This document shows positions 47,691-60,388 of a stretch of DNA of 64,000 bases, one piece after another; within the stretch, counting starts at the first letter, position 1; the number at the start of each line of letters is the position of its first letter. Below the pieces are notes generated by a model that made no database searches, had not been told where the DNA came from, and saw only the letters and a list, made by a program, of their open reading frames with translations. Position numbers and translations under genes: made by a program. This DNA comes from Macrostomum lignano (Eukaryota), in NCBI GenBank assembly GCA_002269645.1, contig NIVC01001066.1, positions 186,001 to 250,000 of the forward strand. Reading direction: 5' to 3'.

Positions 47691-49417
47691 GCTACATGTA
47701 TAGGATTATTTCTATCCAGGGATGCTTGCTATTTAGGGATTCTTGCTATGTGCAGGATGCTTGCTATCTGGAAGGATGCTTCTACATTATTTGGGGTATG
47801 CTTGCTATCTGCAAGATGCTTGCTATCTGCAGATGCTTGCTATCTGCAGATGCTTGCTATCTGGGTGGATGCTTGCTAGGAGTATTAGGGGATGCTTGCT
47901 ACTGGGGGGATGCTTGCTGTCTTGGGAATATTTTCTATTTAGGGGTAATGACTAAAATTCATGAGAGCTAGCCTAGAGGTAAACAGACTAAACTGCTAAA
48001 TGCAGGGACGATGGTTCGAATTTTTAGAGAGTAGAGTTTTTTTAATTAAAGCTTTTTAACGCCAAGACAAAAAAAATTATGGAAGCGTCATGTAAACAAT
48101 CATACAAGCGTCATGTAAACAATCATAGAAGCGTCATGTAAAAAATCATAGAAGCGTCATGTAAAAATCATAGAAGCGTCATGTAAACAATCATAAAAGC
48201 GTCATGTAAAAATCATAGAAGCGTCATGAAAAAATCATAGAAGCGTCATGTAAAAATCATAGTAGCGTCATCTAAAAATCATAGAAGCGTCATGTAAAAA
48301 ATCATAGAAGCGTCATGTAAACAATCATACAAGCGTCATGTAAACAATCATAGAAGCGTCATGTAAACAATCATAAAAGCGTCATGTAAACAATCATAAA
48401 AGCGTCATGTAAACAAGCATAGAAGCGTCATGTTAACATAAAAGCGTCATGAAAAAATCATAGAAGCCTCATATAAAAACTAATGAAAGTGTGTCATTTA
48501 AAAAATTAAGAAGCATCATGGAAGAATAAAAGAAGCATAACGTAAAAATCAAAAGAAGCGTCATGTCAGACATGAAACAAGTGTCATAAAAATTAAATGA
48601 AGCTATAGTGCTGTGCTGGGGAGAATCACTGAGACGTCAAGGCTCACAGAGAATAACTGAGATTACAGGGGGGTTTCTGAGATGTTAAAGCAAAAGTCAG
48701 AAGCTACTTCAAAGTACATGTACTTTACTTAAGTTTTTTATTGCATTCTTTGTTGGCTTGCCACGGTGGGGGGGGGGGCGCTGATAGAAGAAGAGTCATG
48801 TAAAAATAAAAGGAGCACTATGTATACATAAAATAAAAGTCATGTCAAAGTTAAAAGATTCATTTGGGAATTGCTACGATGTCAAAGCTTGGAGGGAATC
48901 GTTATAGTGCTGTGATTCTTAAAGAAGGAATCACTTAAATGCCAAGGCTTAGGGAAGAAGAATTGCTGTTATTTCAAGGCTTTAGGTTGGGTAAAAGTTA
49001 GGTTTACGTCAGGTTTGGGTTGAGGGTTAGATTTTAGCGCGTTTCAAGGTTAACAGGGGATTTTTTAGATTTCAAGGTTTATGGGGGGCATCGCTGACAT
49101 GTCAAGGCTTACGAGGGGAATCTATCTATCTATCTATCTATAGCTGAGATGTCAAGGCTCACGGGGAATAAATGAGATGTCAAGGCTAATGTCAGAAGCT
49201 ACATGTAGTTTATTGGAAAAAAGTTATTACATTATTTGTTGGCTCCTCACGGGAGGGATCACTGATAGAAAAAGCGTAATGTAAAAAAAAAGAAGCTTCA
49301 TGTCGAAGTTAAGAGATTCATTTGGGAATCCCTACGATGTCGAGGCTTGCAGGGAATCGCTTTAATGCTGTAGTAGTGCTATAGACTCTTAGAGAGAATT
49401 ACTGAAATTTCAATCCT

Positions 49418-49463
49418 TTAGGGTTAGGGTTAGGGTTAGGGTTAGGGTTAGGGTTAGGGTTAG
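49418..49463 (+). repeat. Interstitial telomeric (TTAGGG)7 inside unit B
   Basis: Seven perfect units plus TTAG. Confidence 0.92.
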
Positions 49464-50451
49464 AAAGTAGACAGATTTTTTAAGATTTCAAGGCTTATGG
49501 GAGCATCGCTGAGATGTCAAGGGGGGAGTTGATATGTTAAGGCTTGTGGGGGGGGATTGCTGACATGTCAAGGCTTACACGGGTACTGGTAGCGTACTGA
49601 AGCATACTGGTAGAAGTAGCTCTGAAAGAAGGCAAGTATGGTTGAATTTCAATGTCTGTTATAAAATTCTGCACAAACATGTTTTATTGGTACATAAGCC
49701 TGGAATTAAAATGAGAATTCGATTCCTAGCCCCCCTCCCTAAGAATTTTTTTTCATTTTAAAGGATTCGTCCCTTGCTTATTGGCCACCCCGAAGGGGGG
49801 CGCTAGTCCATATACTAAAAATGGTCTGTTTGTGTGTGCGTGTGTGTGTGATCGATTTTAGCAAAAACGGCTGAACCGATTTTCTTCGAACCTGCACTGT
49901 TCGATCAGAAATTATTCCGTGACGGTACATGCATCGTGGCTAAGAAATTGCTCGATGCTAAAGGGATTAAATATTCGAAAAACATGCTTTTTTGCAAAGG
50001 TCAAGCATCGAAATGCATTGTAAGAATGCTAGCAGAAAAACTGACTGGTTGAATTCTGATTCTGAAATAGATTGCATCACAATACACTTTATTTATCGTC
50101 TGTGTACTGGCTGAATTTGACACTCAATTGAATTGCGTCACAGCTTTGAGTGTGAAAGCATAGCGCAGTACTGAATTTATATTACGTAACCATATTGTAA
50201 ACTTTCATAGACACTGGTACTGACTTGCCTAAGAAATTGATTATGTCATAACTGCTTCGTGAGACTTTTTACTCTACCTGACTTGGTGTGAGTGTTGAAT
50301 TATATAAGTGGTACAACATCACTGATAACTTCGATGAGAGCTAGCCTAGAGCTAAACAGACCAGACTGCTAATGCAGCGACCTAGGTTCGAATCTAAGTA
50401 GTTTAAAATTTTTTATTAAAAGGTTTTATTAAAGGACTAAATAAAAACACT

Positions 50452-53400
50452 TAGATTACTGCACTCGATAAGCCAAGGATTATTGCTATTAATAAACCAA
50501 GGACTACTGCACTCGATAAACCAAGGACTATTGCTCTTGGCAAACCAAGGATTACTGCACTCAAGAAGCCAAGGATTATTGCACTTGATAAACCAAGGAT
50601 TATTTCACTTGATAAACCAAGGATTATTGCACTTGATAGGCCAAGGATTACTGCACTTGATAAACCAAGGATTATTGCACTTGATAAGCCAAGGATTACT
50701 GCGCTAGATAAACCAAGGATTATTGCACTTGATAAACCAAGGATTATTGCACTTAATAAACCAAGGATTATTGCACTTGATAAACCAAGGATTATTGCAC
50801 TTGATAGGCCAAGGATTACTGCACTTGATAAACCAAGGATTATTGCACTTGATAGGCCAAAGATTACTGCGCTTGATAAGCCATGGATTATTGCACTTGA
50901 TAAACCAAGGATTATTGCACTTGATAAGCCAAGGATTACTGCGCTTGATAAACCAAGGATTATTGCACTTGATAAACCAAGGATTATTGCAGTTGATAAG
51001 CCAAGGATTATTGCACTTGATAAACCAAGGATTATTTCACTTGATAAACCAAGGATTATTGCACTTGATAGGCCAAGGATTACTGCACTTGATAAACCAA
51101 GGATTATTGCACTTGATAAGCCAAGGATTACTGCGCTAGATAAACCAAGGATTATTGCACTTGATAAACCAAGGATTATTGCACTTAATAAACCAAGGAT
51201 TATTGCACTTGATAAACCAAGGATTATTGCACTTGATAGGCCAAGGATTACTGCACTTGATAAACCAAGGATTATTGCACTTGATAGGCCAAGGATTACT
51301 GCACTTGATAAACCAAGGATTATTGCACTTGATAGGCCAAAGATTACTGCGCTTGATAAGCCATGGATTATTGCACTTGATAGTAAAGAATGTTGCACTT
51401 GATAAGCCAAGGATTAATGCACTGGATTATTCAAGGATTATTGCTATTAATAAACCAAGGACTACTGCACTCGATAAGCCAAGGATTATTGCTCTTAATA
51501 AACCAAGGATTACTGCACTTGGAAAACTAAGGATTACTGCACTCGATACACCAAGGATTATTGCTCTTGATAAACCAAGGATTATTGCACTTGATAAGCC
51601 AAGGATTACTGCGCTTGATAAACCAAGGATTATTGCACTTGATAAACCAAGGATTATTGCACTTGATAAACAAAGGATTATTGCACTTGATAAACCAAGG
51701 ATTATTTCACTTGATAAACCAAGGATTATTGCACTTGATAAACAAATATTGCACTTGATAAACCAAGGATTATTGCACTTGATAAACCAAGGATTATTGC
51801 ACTTGATAAGCCAAGGATTACTGCGCTTGATAAACCAAGGATTATTGCACTTGATAAACCAAGGATTATTGCAGTTGATAAGCCAAGGATTATTGCACTT
51901 GATAAACCAAGGATTATTTCACTTGATAAACCAAGGATTATTGCACTTGATAGGCCAAGGATTACTGCACTTGATAAACCAAGGATTATTGCACTTGATA
52001 AGCCAAGGATTACTGCGCTAGATAAACCAAGGATTATTGCACTTGATAAACCAAGGATTATTGCACTTAATAAACCAAGGATTATTGCACTTGATAAACC
52101 AAGGATTATTGCACTTGATAGGCCAAGGATTACTGCACTTGATAAACCAAGGATTATTGCACTTGATAGGCCAAAGATTACTGCGCTTGATAAGCCATGG
52201 ATTATTGCACTTGATAGTAAAGAATGTTGCACTTGATAAGCCAAGGATTAATGCACTGGATTATTCAAGGATTATTGCTATTAATAAACCAAGGACTACT
52301 GCACTCGATAAGCCAAGGATTATTGCTCTTAATAAACCAAGGATTACTGCACTTGGAAAACTAAGGATTACTGCACTCGATACAACAAGGATTATTGCTC
52401 TTGATAAACCAAGGATTATTGCACTTGATAAGCCAAGGATTACTGCGCTTGATAAACCAAGGATTATTGCACTTGATAGGCCAAGGATTACTGCACTTGA
52501 TAAACCAAGGATTATTGCACTTGATAGGCCAAAGATTACTGCGCTTGATAAACCAAGGATTATTGCACTTGATAAGTCAAGGATTACTGCGCTTGATAAA
52601 CCAAGGATTATTGCACTTGATAAACAAAGGATTATTGCACTTGATAAACCAAGGATTATTTCACTTGATAAACCAAGGATTATTGCACTTGATAAACAAA
52701 TATTGCACTTGATAAACCAAGGATTATTGCACTTGATAAACCAAGGATTATTGCACTTGATAAGCCAAGGATTACTGCGCTAGATAAACCAAGGATTATT
52801 GCACTTGATAAACCAAGGATTATTGCAGTTGATAAGCCAAGGATTATTGCACTTGATAAACCAAGGATTATTTCACTTGATAAACCAAGGATTATTGCAC
52901 TTGATAGGCCAAGGATTACTGCACTTGATAAACCAAGGATTATTGCACTTGATAAACCAAGGATTATTGCACTTGATAAGCCAAGGATTACTGCGCTTGA
53001 TAAACCAAGGATTATTGCACTTGATAGGCCAAGGATTACTGCACTTGATAAACCAAGGATTATTGCACTTGATAGGCCAAAGATTACTGCGCTTGATAAA
53101 CCAAGGATTATTGCACTTGATAAGTCAAGGATTACTGCGCTTGATAAACCAAGGATTATTGCACTTGATAAACAAAGGATTATTGCACTTGATAAACCAA
53201 GGATTATTTCACTTGATAAACCAAGGATTATTGCACTTGATAAACAAATATTGCACTTGATAAACCAAGGATTATTGCACTTGATAAGCCAAGGATTACT
53301 GCGCTTGATAAACCAAGGATTATTGCACTTGATAAACCAAGGATTATTGCAGTTGATAAGCCAAGGATTATTGCACTTGATAAACCAAGGATTATTTCAC

Positions 53401-56400
53401 TTGATAAACCAATGATTATTGCACTTGATAGGCCAAGGATTACTGCACTTGATAAACCAAGGATTATTGCACTTGATAAGCCAAGGATTACTGCGCTAGA
53501 TAAACCAAGGATTATTGCACTTGATAAACCAAGGATTATTGCACTTAATAAACCAAGGATTATTGCACTTGATAAACCAAGGATTATTGCACTTGATAGG
53601 CCAAGGATTACTGCACTTGATAAACCAAGGATTATTGCACTTGATAGGCCAAAGATTACTGCGCTTGATAAGCCATGGATTATTGCACTTGATAGTAAAG
53701 AATGTTGCACTTGATAAGCCAAGGATTAATGCACTGGATTATTCAAGGATTATTGCTATTAATAAACCAAGGACTACTGCACTCGATAAGCCAAGGATTA
53801 TTGCTCTTAATAAACCAAGGATTACTGCACTTGGAAAACTAAGGATTACTGCACTCGATACACCAAGGATTATTGCTCTTGATAAACCAAGAATTATTGC
53901 ACTTGATAAACCAAGGATTACTGCGCTTGATAAACCAAGGATTATTGCACTTGATAAACCAAGGATTATTGCAGTTGATAAGCCAAGGATTATTGCACTT
54001 GATAAACCAAGGATTATTTCACTTGATAAACCAAGGATTATTGCACTTGATAAACAAATATTGCACTTGATAAACCAAGGATTATTGCACTTGATAAACC
54101 AAGGATTATTGCACTTGATAAGCCAAGGATTATTGCACTTGATAGGCCAAGGATTACTGCACTTGATAAACCAAGGATTATTGCACTTAATAAGCCAAGG
54201 ATTACTGCGCTAGATAAACCAAGGATTATTGCACTTGATAAACCAAGGATTATTGCACTTGATAAACCAAGGATTATTGCACTTGATAAACCAAGGATTA
54301 TTGCACTTGATAAACAAATATTGCACTTGATAAACCAAGGATTATTGCACTTGATAAACCAAGGATTATTGCACTTGATAAGCCAAGGATTATTGCACTT
54401 GATAGGCCAAGGATTACTGCACTTGATAAACCAAGGATTATTGCACTTGATAAGCCAAGGATTACTGCGCTAGATAAACCAAGGAATATTGCACTTGATA
54501 AACCAAGGATTATTGCACTTGATAAACCAAGGATTATTGCACTTGATAAACCAAGGATTATTGCACTTGATAAGCCAAGGATTACAGCGCTTGATAAGCC
54601 ATGGATTATTGCACTTGATAAGCCAAGGATTAATGCACTGGATTATTCAAGGATTATTGCTATTAATAAACCAAGGACTACTGCACTCGATAAACCAAGG
54701 ATTATTGCTCTTAATAAACCAAGGATTACTGCACTTGGAAAACTAAGGATTACTGCACATGATAAACCAAGGATTATTGCTCTTGGCAAACCAAGGATTA
54801 CTGCACTCGATAAGCCAAGGATTATTGCACTTGATAAACCAAGGATTATTGCACTTGATAAACCAAGGATTATTGCACTTTATAAGCCAAAGATTACTGC
54901 ACTTGATAAACCAAGGATTATTGCACTTGATAAACCAAGGATTATTGCACTTGATTAATCAAGGATTATTGCTATTAATAAACCAAGGATTATTGCACTT
55001 GATAAACCAAGGATTATTGCACTTGATAAGCCAAGGATTACTGCGCTAGATAAACCAAGGATTATTGCACTTGATAAACCAAGGATTATTGCAGTTGATA
55101 AGCCAAGGATTATTGCACTTGATAAACCAAGGATTATTTCACTTGATAAACCAAGGATTATTGCACTTGATAGGCCAAGGATTACTGCACTTGATAAACC
55201 AAGGATTATTGCACTTGATAAACCAAGGATTATTGCACTTGATAAGCCAAGGATTACTGCGCTTGATAAACCAAGGATTATTGCACTTGATAGGCCAAGG
55301 ATTACTGCACTTGATAAACCAAGGATTATTGCACTTGATAGGCCAAAGATTACTGCGCTTGATAAACCAAGGATTATTGCACTTGATAAGTCAAGGATTA
55401 CTGCGCTTGATAAACCAAGGATTATTGCACTTGATAAACAAAGGATTATTGCACTTGATAAACCAAGGATTATTTCACTTGATAAACCAAGGATTATTGC
55501 ACTTGATAAACAAATATTGCACTTGATAAACCAAGGATTATTGCACTTGATAAGCCAAGGATTACTGCGCTTGATAAACCAAGGATTATTGCACTTGATA
55601 AACCAAGGATTATTGCAGTTGATAAGCCAAGGATTATTGCACTTGATAAACCAAGGATTATTTCACTTGATAAACCAATGATTATTGCACTTGATAGGCC
55701 AAGGATTACTGCACTTGATAAACCAAGGATTATTGCACTTGATAAGCCAAGGATTACTGCGCTAGATAAACCAAGGATTATTGCACTTGATAAACCAAGG
55801 ATTATTGCACTTAATAAACCAAGGATTATTGCACTTGATAAACCAAGGATTATTGCACTTGATAGGCCAAGGATTACTGCACTTGATAAACCAAGGATTA
55901 TTGCACTTGATAGGCCAAAGATTACTGCGCTTGATAAGCCATGGATTATTGCACTTGATAGTAAAGAATGTTGCACTTGATAAGCCAAGGATTAATGCAC
56001 TGGATTATTCAAGGATTATTGCTATTAATAAACCAAGGACTACTGCACTCGATAAGCCAAGGATTATTGCTCTTAATAAACCAAGGATTACTGCACTTGG
56101 AAAACTAAGGATTACTGCACTCGATACACCAAGGATTATTGCTCTTGATAAACCAAGAATTATTGCACTTGATAAACCAAGGATTACTGCGCTTGATAAA
56201 CCAAGGATTATTGCACTTGATAAACCAAGGATTATTGCAGTTGATAAGCCAAGGATTATTGCACTTGATAAACCAAGGATTATTTCACTTGATAAACCAA
56301 GGATTATTGCACTTGATAAACAAATATTGCACTTGATAAACCAAGGATTATTGCACTTGATAAACCAAGGATTATTGCACTTGATAAGCCAAGGATTATT

Positions 56401-57690
56401 GCACTTGATAGGCCAAGGATTACTGCACTTGATAAACCAAGGATTATTGCACTTAATAAGCCAAGGATTACTGCGCTAGATAAACCAAGGATTATTGCAC
56501 TTGATAAACCAAGGATTATTGCACTTGATAAACCAAGGATTATTGCACTTGATAAACCAAGGATTATTGCACTTGATAAACAAATATTGCACTTGATAAA
56601 CCAAGGATTATTGCACTTGATAAACCAAGGATTATTGCACTTGATAAGCCAAGGATTATTGCACTTGATAGGCCAAGGATTACTGCACTTGATAAACCAA
56701 GGATTATTGCACTTGATAAGCCAAGGATTACTGCGCTAGATAAACCAAGGAATATTGCACTTGATAAACCAAGGATTATTGCACTTGATAAACCAAGGAT
56801 TATTGCACTTGATAAACCAAGGATTATTGCACTTGATAAGCCAAGGATTACAGCGCTTGATAAGCCATGGATTATTGCACTTGATAAGCCAAGGATTAAT
56901 GCACTGGATTATTCAAGGATTATTGCTATTAATAAACCAAGGACTACTGCACTCGATAAACCAAGGATTATTGCTCTTAATAAACCAAGGATTACTGCAC
57001 TTGGAAAACTAAGGATTACTGCACATGATAAACCAAGGATTATTGCTCTTGGCAAACCAAGGATTACTGCACTCGATAAGCCAAGGATTATTGCACTTGA
57101 TAGGCCAAGGATTACTGCGCTTGATAAACCAAGGATTATTGCACTTGATAAACCAAGGATTATTGCAGTTGATAAGCCAAGGATTATTGCACTTGATAAA
57201 CCAAGGATTATTTCACTTGATAAACCAAGGATTATTGCACTTGATAAACAAATATTGCACTTGATAAACCAAGGATTATTGCACTTGATAAGCCAAGGAT
57301 TACTGCGCTAGATAAACCAAGGATTATTGCACTTGATAAACCAAGGATTATTGCACTTAATAAACCAAGGATTATTGCACTTGATAAACCAAGGATTATT
57401 GCACTTAATAAACCAAGGATTATTGCACTTGATAAACAAAGGATTATTGCACTTGATAAACAAAGGATTATTGCACTTGATAAACCAAGGATTATTGCAC
57501 TTGATAAACCAAGGATTATTGCACTTTATAAGCCAAAGATTACTGCACTTGATAAACCAAGGATTATTGCACTTGATAAACCAAGGATTATTGCACTTGA
57601 TTAATCAAGGATTATTGCTATTAATAAACCAAGGATTATTGCACTAGCTGAGAAGCTGATTACTGCGCTGTCTAAAAAAGGGATTATTGC
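50452..57690 (+). repeat. 24-bp satellite variant (ATAAACCAAGGATTATTGCACTTG) with a 2,266-bp duplication
   Basis: Identical ORFs recur at +2266 (53228/55494, 53515/55781, 54489/56755). Confidence 0.95.
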
Positions 57691-57700
57691 ACTCGCTGAG

Positions 57701-58349
57701 TGCGCTGACCTGCTGGCCAAGGCTGGCTCCGCCGGCGCGCTATTGGGGCCGGGCCCGGGTGCCCCCATCCCCGCCTCGGTGATCAATTCCCGCGTTAAGC
57801 GCTGGACTGACTCCGAGCATCTCCGCAGGTGGCACGACACCCGGAATTGTAGGCAATCCCGTGCTGCCGTCCCCTGTCCCTCTCCTCTCCTGCGTAGAGC
57901 CCTCCTCAGGCTCAACCGCAGAGACCTCAGAGCAGTTAGCATGGCCCTCTCCGGGCATGGCTGCTTCTCTCGCCACCGCTTCCTTCAGGGCCAGGTACCC
58001 GAGGAGCGGTGCCCCTTCTGCCGCTCAGGCAGTGAAAACGCCGAGCATTTTATCTGCCACTGCCCGGTTTTCACCAGGGCCAGGCTTACTCACCTCGGGC
58101 CAAACCCGGTTCTCTCCGACGTTTGCAGGCCCGAGAGCATCCCGCTGCTCGCCCGGTACCTCAGGGACACCGGACGAGCTGATTTCTTCCCCACCGTCGG
58201 TGAGGAGGACCGCGCTGCAGGCGAGACCGACGGGTCCCCCTGAGCAACACCACTTCAACGGAAGTCGTTGGTCGCCAGGGGCTAGCGGAATGGGCGGTCT
58301 CCTCCGCCTCCTCGCTGCATCCGCCGGACGCCCCCTGCAGCTAAGTCAA
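57701..58349 (+). mobile_element. 5'-truncated RNase H-bearing non-LTR retrotransposon (I/R1 group)
   Basis: ADLLAKAGS (RNase H end), LSGHG, CPFC...ENAEHFICHCP knuckle; 12-bp TSD GCACTCGCTGAG at 57689-57700 and 58350-58361. Confidence 0.85.
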
Positions 58350-60388
58350 GCACTCGCTGAGACGTGGATTGTTGCACAACCTGAGAAAGCGAATATTGCA
58401 TTAGCGGAAGTAACATTTGCACTAGCTACTTGCTGTCTCGTGGATGCTTGCTCTCGAGGGGGGATACTTGCTATTTGGGAGAGGGGGTGCTGGCTGCATG
58501 CATGGGATTCTTTCAATCCAGGGATGCTTGCTATTTAGGGATTCTTGCTATCTGCAGGATGCTTGCTATCTGGGTGGATGCTTCTATAATATCTGGGGGG
58601 TGCTTGCTATCTGTGGTGATTCTTGCTATGAGCATTAGAGGATGCTTGCTATCTGCGATTGTTCACTTTTGGAGGGGGTTGCTTGCTGTCTTGGGAATAT
58701 TTTCTATTTAGGGAAACGATATTTTGTTGACTGTTTGTTAATTTTAGAGAAAAAGTGATTTTTTAATTTTGCAAACATCTTAGTCCGTGACAAGTTTACA
58801 CGAATAAGGTGATTTTTAAAATGTGAAGAAGGATTTAGTGTTTAAGAAAATGTGTTTTTTTATTGTTTTCCATGAACTATTTTTGCTCCTTTCTTATTGG
58901 GCGCCCCGAAGGGGGGCCGCACTAGATTGCTAGTCCATATACTAAAAATCCGGTACTTAAAATATTCCGCTAAACTACATTTCATACTCCTGCAGACAAC
59001 TCCTCGATTCGAATGTCGTCGCTCCATTCGTGGACCAAACAGCACCTGTGTTCAGAAGCAGCCCGGTGACTTTTGAGCCAGATACTTTGCCACGGACCAT
59101 GCAGAATGACGGCTATAGCTGCGGTGTGTTCGTCTGTCTGTATGCCACGGCTGTTGCAACTGGATCACCGCTACACTTCAGAAACGACACAGGATCCCTA
59201 AAAAAGTATAGGTGTCACATCTGGCAGGTTTTCCAGAATTACAGTCAAGGAGGAAGCCAGGCGACCTGCAGCACGTGCAACAGGATGGTACCTGATGCTT
59301 GTGCTAGAAATCGGACGATTGACTGGGTGGGTAGCAGCTAGTACGCTTGCTATATTGACTACACTTTAAAGGCTTTACGAGCGTACAATAGTTATGCTGC
59401 TCTCTTCGTTGAAGTTGTTCTTTCCGGAAATAGGCTAATCTACGAGTATTAACGATATATCGCCGATAAGTAGCTAGTACTAAAACCATTTCACTTGTAG
59501 GTAGCCAACAGTGGCAATAAAAGCTAAAAAGGAAGTATATATAAATTAACCATTACTGATATGCTAAATAAAATTAGGGCAATCCCATTTAACACTGAAA
59601 TTAAATTCCTTACTACAGATCGAATGCCCATCCTGCCTGAATTGGTACCACGACAAATGCGTGGCCAGTGGCCCGACCGACACCTTTATCTGTTCGAGCT
59701 GCCAAAACCTTTTTTCGATCTGAACGAACGAAGCAACTGCAAAATACGTAGTGAATTTAAGCAGTGCTTTTTTAATTTTACGAGTACATCTAGACTGTTT
59801 CTTAAAGCATACTAGGTAATCGCGATCGTATATTAGGAATTACGAATCGTGCATCTCATCGTTCCTGCAATCGCACAGTTTTTATTGTTATAATTTTCCT
59901 TTACAAACTCTCATACTCCATCAGCCAGGTGCGGATCCAGGAATTTCTTGAGTGGGGCCTAATGCAATGCTAGATCACCGAGGGCCTTGGGGCCGGATTG
60001 GAAGGGCCGGATCTGGCCCTGGGGCCGAGGGCTGTTGACCCCCTGCTACAGTATAAGTCTTAAATTAAAAGTAAGTTAATCCTCATATAGCTTCTGAACA
60101 TTGCAAGGCGAGGCAATAAATAGAATGTACTGCTTGCTTAGTATTGCTTAGGAAAGGCCATTTTTCGGGAAGCAGAGTATTAATTGCAACCCCTAATTAG
60201 ATCCGCAACCTGCCTTCTGTGAGCTATATACGAGAGCTATAGAATTTCGCGTTCCTCGTTGTCTATACTTTTCTGAATGCACCAACATCCGAACAATTAA
60301 TTTAACAATAAACGAGTCCCAAACAACGTTGTTGCCTTCGTGTGTAAAATTTATGAGAAAGAAATAACGTTTCCTATCAAAATAGAAC

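Larger units (their letters stand above)
41323..49806 (+). mobile_element. Helitron-like unit B carrying a 24-bp satellite, a 22-bp minisatellite (48080-48480) and telomeric repeats
   Basis: 5' TATATACTAAAAATG; shares the CCGATTTTCTTC...AAGGTCAAGCA module with A and C; 3' hairpin CCCCGAAGGGGG + CTAG at 49803-49806. Confidence 0.75.
49807..58933 (+). mobile_element. Helitron-like unit C, same family as B, joined head-to-tail
   Basis: Junction CTAG|TCCATATACTAAAAAT at 49806/49807; ~600-bp 5' region near-identical to B; 3' hairpin CCCCGAAGGGGG...GATTGCTAG at 58933. Confidence 0.78.
30399..59723 (+). pseudogene. Ulp1/SENP (peptidase C48)-PHD finger gene of the MULE-like core: exons 30399-30439+33818-33928, 58996-59326, 59619-59723; 5' part missing
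   Basis: Removing the Helitron joins CA|T to give DLSQIFVPVLHGSHIYLIVICGASRKILILDSL (catalytic His, Asp). Phase-2 splice to ...MQNDGYSCGVFVC (oxyanion Gln, catalytic Cys). Phase-0 splice completes CSTC...DW|IECPSCLNWYHDKC...FICSSC (C4HC3 PHD). Confidence 0.85.

Noticed and set aside
42018-57640. Dozens of LLINQG/ALDKPRII ORFs resembling leucine-rich repeats
   Set aside because: 24-bp satellite in frame by periodicity; frames break at 23-bp variant monomers; no start or splice context.
59561-59815. 84-aa ORF from the track
   Set aside because: Wrong frame; the true exon is 59619-59723 (second half of the PHD finger).
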